NCBI GenBank assembly: GCA_963817955.1
Contig: CAWFQK010000002.1
Coordinates: 928,001-992,000, forward strand
Source: an uncultured Gemmatimonadaceae bacterium
GTDB lineage: Bacteria; Gemmatimonadota; Gemmatimonadetes; Gemmatimonadales; Gemmatimonadaceae
Direction: 5' to 3'
DNA: 64,000 nt
Positions 50,901 through 60,346 of this stretch are shown here, one piece after another (the stretch's first letter is position 1; the number at the start of each line of letters is the position of its first letter). The notes beneath the pieces were generated by a model. It ran no database searches. It was not told the DNA's origin and worked only from the letters and a program-made list of their open reading frames with translations. Both the position numbers and the translations under genes were made by a program.

Positions 50901-51267
50901 GATCATCGACGACGAGCCGTCGATCCGAGCGGCGCTGCGCCGCTTTTTCTGTCGTCGCGGATGGGACGTCGAGGAAGCCACTAACGGCGCGCAGGGCCTG
51001 TCATCACTACTTTCGGCAGAGCTGCAGTTCGCCGTCGTGATCTCCGATCTCAGGATGCCCGGATGCACGGGCGTAGAATTGCACGATCGTGTGGCGAGCG
51101 TAGCACCTGAGATTCTGAACCGCATCATCTTCTCTACAGGCGATGTCGCGTCGACGGAAGTCGCCGAGTTCGTCCAGCGGACACAATGCACCGTGCTCGA
51201 GAAGCCGTTCGAGCTGCGGGCATTGGAGAACATCGTCACGCACATACGAAAAGCGTCGTCGGTGTAA
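47905..51267 (+). CDS. Membrane hybrid histidine kinase (periplasmic sensor, PAS, GAF, PAS, HisKA, HATPase, REC)
   Basis: Two TM helices, GRRSDGSMFP PAS, TCGTAVYRREQVV GAF, AHELNNPL, GEGTGLGL, IIDDE. Confidence 0.92.
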   Translation: MFNRDESKRGRGVAVAGAFAATVLLTLGGAWHVADLRATRRDAVDRRMTAAADHAAKQVDAWIAERADDASALVEIAGIRGSDSAQLSPRIVGRILRLEMEATRHHGNYAAVWLVDRGGKVLGSAGQQTLSALEDSAVQRSLETRHSQVSRPERRDGTITVGVSTPVIVTDNGRHTAEAAVVFRANLNSVFTRNALAMVGPTLTTPVLVIPVDGSLMSIMPCPPPSATVCLATGDTLAKVAQAPGQGIRDVTAANGRSVILATRHIGALPWSVYDAIDASSIFATMRDRLRFEALFLTGLLLMGGLGLYAHEQSGNLRRLTERAQTDARFSAIVNTAMDAIIIVNARYEIAVMNSAAEIMFGYSAYDTIRRSVLELVPAASTEELHRALVQTLRAGEQPRLFSAERYAAGRRSDGSMFPIDLSVSRTQLDGQVHLAIVIRDITVWKHAEESSEWQRRVLEAIATGTDLRDVLTTIVRFHETQTTGVDCAIHLIDDDGVMLNIASAPSMHPAFIEAMDEIVIGPHAATCGTAVYRREQVVTPDIATDRLWNEYRALASEQGYRSCWALPIRSPQGRMLGAIAMYTREEHTPTAMELRVSAAATQLAGVAVDRAHAAESLRQSEASFRSFVENSPIGIYRATGSGRLLAVNASLVELLGYSSALELLQLDMGRDLFVSVADRERLAQELKAQGELRSAEAEWRRKDGATVTVRVSARAYRDERGSVWFTEGFVENVTPLRVIEHALRQSEKLAALGQLLSGVAHELNNPLAAILHFTEDLLDDERTSADVEALGMIRDQARRSRTIVRDLLSFARARDASRTRVQLTEALAASAKALQPAVEALGARLAIDLPLNAVYGNTDRAGLQQIVTNLVMNAAQASGPGGIVRLRGSISDQEMSIVVEDSGPGIPPTLQNRIFEPFFTTKPVGEGTGLGLSVTLGIVQQLGGHIAVENRQPGDGTGACFTVTLPIDGDMADAGNEAMRTPSLLKPNDVAGPRPRALIIDDEPSIRAALRRFFCRRGWDVEEATNGAQGLSSLLSAELQFAVVISDLRMPGCTGVELHDRVASVAPEILNRIIFSTGDVASTEVAEFVQRTQCTVLEKPFELRALENIVTHIRKASSV

Positions 51268-51330
51268 CCCTCACAACGGGAAGAGGGTCGTGGCAAGGTG
51301 GGTATACTTCTTGTCCACTTCGCCTGCGAC

Positions 51331-54300
51331 ATGACCGAACGCTTTCCCGTCTTCATCGACGCTTCCGGCCGCCGCTGGCGCCGCGTCCGTCGTGCCATGC
51401 TCGTCACCGGCGTGATCAGCACCATTCTGGGACTCGGTGCGGCGCTGAGCCTCTTTCACGAGCCTCTGGGGCCCGAACTACACCCGATATCGCTCGTCCC
51501 GAGCACCCATCCGATGACGCGGCGGGAAGAGCGCGAGCGCACGACGCTGCGCCGTCTTCTCGATCGCGCCATCGCGCGCACCGGCATCGTACCGTACGGA
51601 CGACATCCCTCCTCGAAACCAGCTTCGCCCGTCAGCGGCACGAAGCCGACCGTGCCAGGCAAGCCGATCGTCGCGGGCTTCTACGTCAGCTGGGACGAGA
51701 GCTCGCTGGCGTCACTCGATACGAACATCAAACATCTCGACTGGATCGTGGGCGAGTGGGCATTCGTCGATCCATCGGGCGACTCGTTGGACATCCACGT
51801 GGACGCCCGCGTGATCGCGCGCGATACGCTCGAGGCTGTGGGACACCGGCCGCAACTCATCATCATGGTGAGCAACTATGACCAGTCGGCACGCGATTTC
51901 AGACCGGGTGCACTGAACAAGCTGCTGACACGGCCGGCCGCGCGCGCGCGCGCCATCGAGCAATTGCGGCAGACCGCCATTGCATATGGATTGAGCGGCG
52001 TGCTGATCGATTTCGAGGTGGGACCGGGTGCCGTCGGCATACACGGGACGTCGCTCGCGTTCACGCGCGAGCTACGCGCGGTGCTCGCTCCAATGAGCAA
52101 AGTCACCACCTATGCCGTGCCGTCGTACGCCACCAACGCCGAGCTGAAGGACGCGGCGAGCACGGCCGACATGCTCTTCGCGATGTTGTTCGACGAACAC
52201 TACGGTGCGGGCGATCCCGGCCCGGTCGCAAGCCAGGGCTTTTACGAAACCACGGCGCGCCGCATGGCGAGCGTCGTGCCTCCGAGTCAGCTCATTCTGA
52301 TGATCGGCGCGTACGGCTACGACTGGAACGACATACCTCCCGAGAAGGGAAAGCCACGCATTGCCGAGGCAACGACATTCCAGGACGTGGTGGCGACGCT
52401 GCGCGACAGCGGCGGCGTGCTGCACTTTGATGCGGCATCGCTGAATCCGTACGTGCGCTATACCAGTCCGGACTCCACGGACCACCTCATCTGGTTTCTC
52501 GACGGCACTACGGCGTTCAATCAGATCCGGTTGGCGCGGCAGCTCCATGTGGCGGGGAGCGCCCTCTGGCGATTGGGCGACGAGGATCCGGCGATCTGGC
52601 ACGCGCTGTCGCCGAACGGCAACCTGACATCCGCCGACAGTCTTCGCGACGTGCCACCAGGATACTATCCCGAGACAGAGCAGGTCGGCGAGATCATCCG
52701 CATCCGCGCGCGTCCCCACAACGGATCGCGCACCGTGCGCGTCGACTCGGCGTCCGGCTACATCGTGGATGAAGCCTTCGTGACGTATCCCACCCCGTTC
52801 ATCGTGCAGCGCTACGGGATGCAGCGCGAGCATCCGCATTGGGTGGCGCTCACGTTCGATGATGGTCCAGACGCCAACTGGACGCCGACCATTCTCGACA
52901 CACTGAAGTCGCGTAATGCGAAAGCGACGTTCTTCGTCATCGGCGAGAACGCCGACGCGCACCCAGGACTGCTCCAACGCATGTACGCGGAGGGACACGA
53001 GATCGGCAATCATACGTACTCGCACCCGAATCTCGGCCTCACGCAGGACTTCCGCACACGTCAGGAGATCGATCTCAACGAGGCGCTCATAGAGTCGGTG
53101 ATCAATCGCCGCACGGCGCTATTCCGTCCTCCCTATTTTGGCGACGCCGAACCGACGACGGCTGACGAGCTCGTTCCCGTGGCGGTGGCCTCCGACCGGC
53201 GGTATCTGACAGTCGGGTTGCACGTGGACTCGGAGGACTGGCAGAATCCCCCGGTGAACTCGATCATCGCGCGCGTACTCGACGCGCGCGATGAAATGCT
53301 CGACAGCCTGTCCGCATTCGCCAAGTCCGTTCCGCCGCGCGACACCGACATCGCAGCCAACGTCATTCTCCTGCACGATGGCGGTGGACGGCGCGCCAAT
53401 ACGGTTGCCGCACTCGGCCCACTGATCGATTCGCTGCGCGCGCGGGGCGACACGATCGTACTCGTGTCGACGCTCGCCGGCCTCACGCGGGACCAGGCGA
53501 TGCCGCCGCTGGAACACATCAGCGCGCTCCGCCGCACCTTCCGGTTGTTCGGCTTTCAAGTCCTTGGCACGTCCGAGTGGGTGATCTTCTGGTTATTCAC
53601 GATCGCCGTCGTCCTCGGGATGGCTCGGCTGTTGATCATTGGCGCACTCGCCATCGTGCAGCGCGTGAAAGGACACCAGGACCGTTCTCTGACGACCACC
53701 TTCGCGCCAAACGTGAGTGTGATCGTTCCGGCGTACAACGAAGCGCGCGTGATCGGCCATACCATTGCCAGTCTGCTGATGCAGGAATACGCTGGCGAGA
53801 TCGAGATCGTCGTCGTGGACGACGGATCGTCGGACGGCACGTACGCGGCGGCGTTCGCGGCACACGGCAATCATTCGCAGGTGTCGGTGTTCACGAAGCC
53901 GAATGGCGGAAAGGCCAGCGCGCTCAACTTCGGCCTGGAACGCGCGCGCTACGACGTCGTCGTGTGTCTCGATGCCGACACGATATTCGCGCCGGATACC
54001 ATCGCCGAATTGGTACAGCCGCTGCAGAATCCGCGCGTGGGCGCCGTCGCGGGAAACGCCAAGGTCGGCAACCGTATCAATCTGATCACGCGGTGGCAGG
54101 CCGTGGAATACGTGACGAGCCAGAATCTGGACCGGCGGGCCTTCTCGCTTCTCGACTGCATCACCGTGGTTCCTGGCGCCGTGGGCGCATGGCGCCGCTC
54201 GGCAGTACTCGAAATCGGCGGCTTCCGCGAAGACACCCTGGCCGAGGACCAGGACCTGACACTCCAGCTGCGACGTGTTGGCTATTCGGTGGCCTACGCC

Positions 54301-54834
54301 GATGGCGCCGTGGCGTACACCGAGGCGCCGGATACACTGCGGACCCTCGCGCGCCAGCGCTTCCGGTGGTCGTTCGGTACGCTGCAATGCGCATGGAAAC
54401 ATCGCGACACGTTGTTCCGCCGCCGCTATGGATCCCTTGGCTGGGTCGCATTGCCTAACGTCTGGCTCTTTCAACTCCTGCTGCCGGCAATTTCACCGCT
54501 TGCGGACCTGATGTTCGTGTGGAGCCTGGTGTCAGTATGGATGACGTGGAACACCCATGGCGGCACGTATGCGCTGTCGAATCTGGAGCAAGTGCTGGTC
54601 TACTACGGCGTATTCCTCGTGGTGGACTGGTTGGCAGGCATGCTCGCATTTCTCATGGAATCGGGCGAAGACCTGTCGTTGACCTGGTTGATCCTGCTCC
54701 AGCGTTTTGTGTATCGGCAACTCATGTACTGGGTGGTGGTGAAGGCGTTCACGGCGGCGATCACTGGACGCCTCGTCGGGTGGGGAAAGCTCGAGCGGAA
54801 GGCGACCGTCACGATGGCGCGACTGGAGACATGA
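51331..54834 (+). CDS. Fusion of GH18-like domain, polysaccharide deacetylase (CE4) and GT2 glycosyltransferase
   Basis: GVLIDFE and YGYDW (GH18-like); TFDDG, HTYSH, FRPPY, LLHD (CE4); PAYNE, DDGS, DAD, LAEDQD, QRFRW (processive GT2). Confidence 0.9.
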   Translation: MTERFPVFIDASGRRWRRVRRAMLVTGVISTILGLGAALSLFHEPLGPELHPISLVPSTHPMTRREERERTTLRRLLDRAIARTGIVPYGRHPSSKPASPVSGTKPTVPGKPIVAGFYVSWDESSLASLDTNIKHLDWIVGEWAFVDPSGDSLDIHVDARVIARDTLEAVGHRPQLIIMVSNYDQSARDFRPGALNKLLTRPAARARAIEQLRQTAIAYGLSGVLIDFEVGPGAVGIHGTSLAFTRELRAVLAPMSKVTTYAVPSYATNAELKDAASTADMLFAMLFDEHYGAGDPGPVASQGFYETTARRMASVVPPSQLILMIGAYGYDWNDIPPEKGKPRIAEATTFQDVVATLRDSGGVLHFDAASLNPYVRYTSPDSTDHLIWFLDGTTAFNQIRLARQLHVAGSALWRLGDEDPAIWHALSPNGNLTSADSLRDVPPGYYPETEQVGEIIRIRARPHNGSRTVRVDSASGYIVDEAFVTYPTPFIVQRYGMQREHPHWVALTFDDGPDANWTPTILDTLKSRNAKATFFVIGENADAHPGLLQRMYAEGHEIGNHTYSHPNLGLTQDFRTRQEIDLNEALIESVINRRTALFRPPYFGDAEPTTADELVPVAVASDRRYLTVGLHVDSEDWQNPPVNSIIARVLDARDEMLDSLSAFAKSVPPRDTDIAANVILLHDGGGRRANTVAALGPLIDSLRARGDTIVLVSTLAGLTRDQAMPPLEHISALRRTFRLFGFQVLGTSEWVIFWLFTIAVVLGMARLLIIGALAIVQRVKGHQDRSLTTTFAPNVSVIVPAYNEARVIGHTIASLLMQEYAGEIEIVVVDDGSSDGTYAAAFAAHGNHSQVSVFTKPNGGKASALNFGLERARYDVVVCLDADTIFAPDTIAELVQPLQNPRVGAVAGNAKVGNRINLITRWQAVEYVTSQNLDRRAFSLLDCITVVPGAVGAWRRSAVLEIGGFREDTLAEDQDLTLQLRRVGYSVAYADGAVAYTEAPDTLRTLARQRFRWSFGTLQCAWKHRDTLFRRRYGSLGWVALPNVWLFQLLLPAISPLADLMFVWSLVSVWMTWNTHGGTYALSNLEQVLVYYGVFLVVDWLAGMLAFLMESGEDLSLTWLILLQRFVYRQLMYWVVVKAFTAAITGRLVGWGKLERKATVTMARLET

Positions 54835-55706
54835 TTCCGGCGTTCGTGAACCCTCTGGTGGGCAACGCCGAGGCCGCACGCGCTGCGCTCCGGGCCGTGG
54901 GTGGCTTTGATGTTTTCGACGTGCCACCATCGACATTGGCCGATCGAGTGCACTCGGCAATCGGGCGTGGTGCGACCCGCATCCTCGTGGCGGGCGGTGA
55001 TGGTTCCATTGGTAGTGCCGCGGGTGCACTTGCCGGCACAGGCGTGGAGCTCGCCATTCTGCCCTGCGGCACGCTGAACCACCTCGCCAAAGACCTCTCG
55101 CTGCCACTGGAACTGGAAGCGGCCGCGCGCGTGGCAGTGGAAGGCCGCTCGGTGCTGGTGGATGCGGCGGTGGTGAACGATCGCATCTTTCTCAACACGA
55201 GCTCCGTGGGCGCATATGTGCGCTTCGTTCGCGCGCGTGAGCGACTGGAAAAGCGCATGGGTTACTACGTCGCGTCACTCCTCGCCGGCGCGCAGTTATT
55301 GCTGCGTATGCCAAGCTTCAGGGTGACGCTGAACGTGAGAGGCGTGACGCGCGAATACCTGACGCCGCTCGTCTTCATCGGCGTCGGCGAACGCGAGCTC
55401 CGGCTCCCGGCACTCGGCGCGCGCGTGCCAGCGGGAAAACCCGGACTGCACGTGATGGTGGTGCGGCGGCGCTCCGCCGCGCGAGCCCTCGCTCTTGGAT
55501 TGGCCGCCGCAGCGCGCGGCGTGGACGCAGTATCGCACACGCCGGCACTGGACGCATTCATCGTGGAGTCTTGTAAGATAGAGCCCCACATGCGAACGAT
55601 CGCCGTCGATGGAGAGCTCGTGCGTGCCACCCCCCCGCTGCTTTATCGCCACGTGCCCGGACAGTTGCGCGCGGTTGTCGCGAACACCGCGGAACGTGCC
55701 GCCTGA
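54831..55706 (+). CDS. Diacylglycerol kinase family protein
   Basis: FVNP, AGGDGS, PCGTLNHLAKDL, VDGE; ATG overlaps the previous stop. Confidence 0.88.
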   Translation: MIPAFVNPLVGNAEAARAALRAVGGFDVFDVPPSTLADRVHSAIGRGATRILVAGGDGSIGSAAGALAGTGVELAILPCGTLNHLAKDLSLPLELEAAARVAVEGRSVLVDAAVVNDRIFLNTSSVGAYVRFVRARERLEKRMGYYVASLLAGAQLLLRMPSFRVTLNVRGVTREYLTPLVFIGVGERELRLPALGARVPAGKPGLHVMVVRRRSAARALALGLAAAARGVDAVSHTPALDAFIVESCKIEPHMRTIAVDGELVRATPPLLYRHVPGQLRAVVANTAERAA

Positions 55707-55744
55707 CTTCCCGCAGCCTCGCGTAGGGCCGTAGTTTCCAACGA

Positions 55745-57199
55745 ATGACGACGAGCGTCTTCTCCGCCATCGATCAGGAACTTGCCGCGCAGCTCGCCGC
55801 GATCGTCGGCGAACGACGCGTTTTGTTCCGTCCATCCGAGCTGCTCACGTACAGTTCGGATGGCCTGCCGTCTCATCACAAGCAACCTGGTCTGGCCGTC
55901 TTCCCGGGCACGCGTGACGAAGTCGTAGCCGTCGTTCGCGCGCTCGCGCAGCGCGGCGTTCCTTTCGTGCCGCGGGGCGCGGGCACGGGACTCTCTGGAG
56001 GGGCGCTTGCTGATGGCATCGTGCTCGTCGGCCTCAATCGCCTGACACGCATTCTGTCGATCGACGCGGAGAACTGTCGCGCGGTCGTCGAGCCTGGCGT
56101 GGTGAACACGACACTCAGTCGCGCAGTCGCACAGCACGGCCTGCACTACGCGCCAGATCCGTCGAGCCAGACGGTGTGCACCATCGGCGGCAACGTTGCC
56201 GAGAATGCCGGCGGGCCGCACTGCCTGAAGTACGGTGTGACGACCAATCACATCGTCGCACTGACGGTGCTGCTGCCGGATGGCGAGATCGTCGAATTCG
56301 GCAACGCACGGTTCGGAGGGGAGCACGATGGCTACGATCTCGTCGGCGCGTTCGTCGGCTCAGAAGGCTGCTTCGGGATCGCACTGGACATCACGGTGCG
56401 GCTGACGCGAAATCCCGAGGCCGTGCGCACTTTGCTCGCCGACTTCATGTCGCTGGACGCGGCCGCACGCGCCGTGTCGGCCGTCGTGGCCGCTGGCATC
56501 GTACCGGCCGCGCTGGAGATGATCGACCAGGCGACGATCCGCGCCGTAGAGTCCTCGATCTACGCGGCAGGTTATCCGACCGACGCGGCCGCCGCGCTGC
56601 TCATCGAGCTGGATGGCGCGTTGGCGGGGCTCGAACGCGACGTGGCGACGGTGGAGGCATTGTGCACCGCGAACGGCGCGCGAACGGTGCGCATCGCGCG
56701 AGATGAAGCGGAGCGTACGCGCCTCTGGCTGGGACGCAAGAAGGCATTTGGAGCGATGGGACGCGTGTCGTCGCATCTCGTCGTGCAGGACGCCGTGGTG
56801 CCGCGGACGCGTCTTCCAGACGTACTGTCGGAGATTCACCGCATCGGACAGCTGCATCGCGTCCGCGTGTGCAACGTGTTCCACGCTGGCGACGGGAATC
56901 TCCACCCAAACATCGCGTACAATGCGTCGGATCCCGACGAGTCTCAGCGCGTGCACGCGGCGATGCGCGAGATCATGACTGCCTGCGTAAAAGCCGGCGG
57001 AACGATCACTGGCGAACATGGCGTGGGATTGGACAAGCTGCCGTACATGGAGCTGATCTTCTCGCCGGATTCACTCGCCGTGATGTGTGCGCTACGCGCA
57101 GTGTTCGACCCCGACGGGCGTTCGAACCCTGGCAAGGCCGTTCCCATGCACGCCTGCCGCGAATGGCACGGGGTTCCGTCGACGCGAGGCGCGCGATGA
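55745..57199 (+). CDS. glcD: Glycolate oxidase FAD subunit GlcD-like
   Basis: PRGAGTGLSGG, YAPDPSS, ENAGGPHCLKYG, HAGDGNLHP, GEHGVG. Confidence 0.9.
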   Translation: MTTSVFSAIDQELAAQLAAIVGERRVLFRPSELLTYSSDGLPSHHKQPGLAVFPGTRDEVVAVVRALAQRGVPFVPRGAGTGLSGGALADGIVLVGLNRLTRILSIDAENCRAVVEPGVVNTTLSRAVAQHGLHYAPDPSSQTVCTIGGNVAENAGGPHCLKYGVTTNHIVALTVLLPDGEIVEFGNARFGGEHDGYDLVGAFVGSEGCFGIALDITVRLTRNPEAVRTLLADFMSLDAAARAVSAVVAAGIVPAALEMIDQATIRAVESSIYAAGYPTDAAAALLIELDGALAGLERDVATVEALCTANGARTVRIARDEAERTRLWLGRKKAFGAMGRVSSHLVVQDAVVPRTRLPDVLSEIHRIGQLHRVRVCNVFHAGDGNLHPNIAYNASDPDESQRVHAAMREIMTACVKAGGTITGEHGVGLDKLPYMELIFSPDSLAVMCALRAVFDPDGRSNPGKAVPMHACREWHGVPSTRGAR

Positions 57200-58329
57200 C
57201 AGCAACTGCCACCGGTTCCGTGCAGGCTCTGTCCGATCGCATAGTGGACGCTGCAGAGCACGGAACGTCGCTGCGCATCGTCGGCCGCGGCATGTGGCTC
57301 GACGCCGGACGTCCGGTGACTTCGACGGCTACAATTTCAACGCGTGAGCTCAAAGGCATTACCGAGTACGTGCCCGGAGATCTCACCCTCACGGCGCACG
57401 CGGGAACGACGCTGGCCGAGATTCGCGACGCGACCGCCGCCCACGGGCAGTGGCTCGCGCTGGACCCGAACGGCAGCGACGAAGGAAGCATCGGCGCCAC
57501 GATCGCGACCGCATCCTGCGGACCGTTGAGCGCGTTTTTCGGCACGCCGCGTGACCTGGTGCTCGGCGTTGAATTCGTGACCGGGTCAGGCACCATCGCC
57601 CGTGGCGGTGGCCGCGTGGTCAAGAACGTCGCGGGGTTCGACCTCTCGCGGCTCATGACCGGCGCGTGGGGTACGCTCGGCGTTCTCACCGAGGTGACGG
57701 TACGGCTGCACGCACGTCCCGAGGTGGATCATTCGTTATCGCTGCCGGTCGATCCATCCGCCGAGAGCGTAGCAACGGTACGTCGTCTGTTGCGACGTCT
57801 GCCGTTCTCGCCCCTCGCTTGCGAGGTGGTGAACGCGCCGCTCGCTCGACTCCTGACCGGCGAGGCACGAGCCGTCGCCCTGTTCCGGCTGGGCGGCAAC
57901 GAAGAGTCTGTACGCGCACAACGCGCCGCGCTCGCCGAGTTGGGAGACGCGACCGACGTGCCTGAGGAAATCTGGCAGCGTCTGCGGGCTATCGCGCCGG
58001 CAGACGCATCGGTCCTTCGTGTGTCACAGTTGGCCGACGTGGCGAGCACCTGGCACATTGCACGCGCGCTGGGTGAGGACGTGTTATTGCACGCATCGCC
58101 GACGCGCGGCATCGTGCGGTGCATAGTGCCGGAGACCGTTTCGCGCGACACCCTCGAGAGGTGGTTCAGAGAATCGTCTACCGTAACGCGAATCGGTGAA
58201 CGGTTGCCGGCTGACTTATGGCCGCTCTGTGGGCCATCGCCCGTTGGCGACCGGATATCGCGCGGCATCAAGCGTACCTTCGATCCCGCCAATGTGCTGA
58301 ACCCAGGCATTCTCGGAGAGTTGGCGTGA
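57196..58329 (+). CDS. glcE: Glycolate oxidase FAD subunit GlcE-like
   Basis: YVPGDLT, GGRVVKNVAGFDL, GAWGTLG, FDPANVLNPG. Confidence 0.88.
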   Translation: MTATATGSVQALSDRIVDAAEHGTSLRIVGRGMWLDAGRPVTSTATISTRELKGITEYVPGDLTLTAHAGTTLAEIRDATAAHGQWLALDPNGSDEGSIGATIATASCGPLSAFFGTPRDLVLGVEFVTGSGTIARGGGRVVKNVAGFDLSRLMTGAWGTLGVLTEVTVRLHARPEVDHSLSLPVDPSAESVATVRRLLRRLPFSPLACEVVNAPLARLLTGEARAVALFRLGGNEESVRAQRAALAELGDATDVPEEIWQRLRAIAPADASVLRVSQLADVASTWHIARALGEDVLLHASPTRGIVRCIVPETVSRDTLERWFRESSTVTRIGERLPADLWPLCGPSPVGDRISRGIKRTFDPANVLNPGILGELA

Positions 58330-59612
58330 GCGCTCCCGTCATCGTCCCTCCGGAATGCGCGCTGCCTGACAGCCCGCTCGCGAAGGAGCGATCGGGAGTC
58401 GATGCCTGCGTGCACTGCGGATTCTGCCTCCAGGCCTGTCCCACCTATCTCACGCTCGAAGACGAGAACGACAGCCCGCGCGGACGCATCCTGTTCATGC
58501 GTTCGCTGCTCGAAGGCACGCTGCCGCCCGAGAACGAGAGCGTGCATACGCACATCGCGCAGTGCCTCGGCTGTCGCGCCTGCGAAACAGTATGCCCATC
58601 CGGCGTTCCCTACGGACATCTGCTCGAGGCAACTCGGGCAACGCTTGCCGAGCACCGTCCGATATCCGCTGTGGCACGGGTCGTACTTTCGGTGTTCGAA
58701 CGTCCGTGGTTGCTGGCGTTGGCACTCGCGGGGGGTCGAATCGCGCGCGCCACAGGAGTATCGCGACTGCTCGCACGGCTGCCGGGACGTCTGGGATTCG
58801 CCATGGCGATGCTCAGCTCTACCCGGCGCACGAACACCAGCAGGCGGCCGCTGCCGTCCTCGACCGGCGCGCGCGGGCGCGTGGCGCTGCTCACCGGCTG
58901 CGTCATGGAGGGCCTGTTCGCCGACACGAACCGCGCCACCGAGCGCGTGATAGCCGCAAACGATTACGCGGTGGAGCAGGCGCCGGAACAGCGTTGTTGC
59001 GGCGCACTGCACGCGCACGCCGGTGACCTGGAGGCTGCGCGGCGATTGGCGAGGGCCAACATCGCTGCATTCGAGCGCGCAGATGTGGATTTCATTTGTG
59101 TCAACGCCGCGGGATGCGGCGCCATGATGAAGGAGTACGATCATCTGCTACGCGACGACACCGCGTGGCGAGAACGGGCGACCCGGTTCGTGGCGAAGGT
59201 CCGTGACGTGAGCGAATTATTGGCCGTCGCCGGTCCGGCACGTGGGGGCGCCTTGCGTCTGCGCGTCGCGTACGACGCACCCTGTCACCTGGTGCATGCA
59301 CAACGCGTTGCCACTCCGCCGCTGGACGTTCTGCGCGCCATTCCAGAGCTCGAGCTCGTTCCGCTGAACGGAAGCGACGTGTGCTGCGGGAGCGCCGGCA
59401 TCTACAATCTCATTGAACCGGAGATCTCTGACGCGGTGCTCGACCGGAAACTCGCCAACATCGCCGCGTCGGGCGCTGACGTCATCGCGACGGGAAATCC
59501 AGGCTGTCTGATGCAGATCGGGGCCGGGCTGTTGCGCGCCGGCTCGAGCGCGCACGCCGTACATCCGGTGGAACTGCTCGACGCATCCTACGCGAAACAG
59601 GCGCCGCGCTGA
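58326..59612 (+). CDS. glcF: Glycolate oxidase iron-sulfur subunit GlcF-like
   Basis: CVHCGFCLQACPTY, CLGCRACETVCP, CCG motifs, NPGC. Confidence 0.9.
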   Translation: MSAPVIVPPECALPDSPLAKERSGVDACVHCGFCLQACPTYLTLEDENDSPRGRILFMRSLLEGTLPPENESVHTHIAQCLGCRACETVCPSGVPYGHLLEATRATLAEHRPISAVARVVLSVFERPWLLALALAGGRIARATGVSRLLARLPGRLGFAMAMLSSTRRTNTSRRPLPSSTGARGRVALLTGCVMEGLFADTNRATERVIAANDYAVEQAPEQRCCGALHAHAGDLEAARRLARANIAAFERADVDFICVNAAGCGAMMKEYDHLLRDDTAWRERATRFVAKVRDVSELLAVAGPARGGALRLRVAYDAPCHLVHAQRVATPPLDVLRAIPELELVPLNGSDVCCGSAGIYNLIEPEISDAVLDRKLANIAASGADVIATGNPGCLMQIGAGLLRAGSSAHAVHPVELLDASYAKQAPR

Positions 59613-59662
59613 GCAGCGTATGGGCGTGGCGCGGTCCCGCCGTTCCCGTTTACTTACGCCAT

Positions 59663-60346
59663 ATGGTGGACGTCGCACTGTTCGAGTTGGAAGGGGTGCT
59701 GTTCGACACCCGCGAACTACGCCGGGATAGCCTCCACGACGCGCTACAGGCGCACGGCATCGACCCCTCCGATCTCTGGACTACCGACGCCCTCCCACCA
59801 CGTGCCGCGGCAGCAGACCTCTTTCGCAACAGCGCACTCGCGGCCGATGACGTCCTGCTGGACTTGATTGCCCGACGCGCGGAGCACGGGTTCTCCTTTC
59901 GCCTTGCCACGCACGGCGCGGCGCTGCAGGCTGGAAGCGGCGAGTTCATTGATGGCGCCGTCACGCATGCGCGGCTCGCAGCAGTGACGCGTGCGTCGCG
60001 TAGCGACGCCAATACCATGCTGCGATTGTCGGGATTGGAAAACGCGTTCACGATGGTGGTCACGGCTGATGACGTGCTCGACGTCAAGCCGGCTGCCGCC
60101 GCATATCACGTTGCCCTCGAGCGACTGGCAAGCCAGCGAGCGGTGTCACTCGAGAGCGTGTTGGCTTTGGAAGATGGAATGGCCGGCATTCGTGCCGCGC
60201 GCGCTGCCGGTGTTCGATGCGCGGCGGTAGGTGCGATGCCTGTTCACGTCGCAATGGAAGCGGACGCCTACGTGGACGGGTTGCAAGGGCAATCGCTGCG
60301 GACGCTCGACAGGTTGTCGAGCCAAAGGCAGGAGCGCGAACGATGA
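59663..60346 (+). CDS. HAD-family phosphatase-like protein with atypical motif I (ELE instead of DxD)
   Basis: LFELEGVLFDT, VTADDVLDVKP, LEDGMAGIRAARAAG. Confidence 0.82.
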   Translation: MVDVALFELEGVLFDTRELRRDSLHDALQAHGIDPSDLWTTDALPPRAAAADLFRNSALAADDVLLDLIARRAEHGFSFRLATHGAALQAGSGEFIDGAVTHARLAAVTRASRSDANTMLRLSGLENAFTMVVTADDVLDVKPAAAAYHVALERLASQRAVSLESVLALEDGMAGIRAARAAGVRCAAVGAMPVHVAMEADAYVDGLQGQSLRTLDRLSSQRQERER

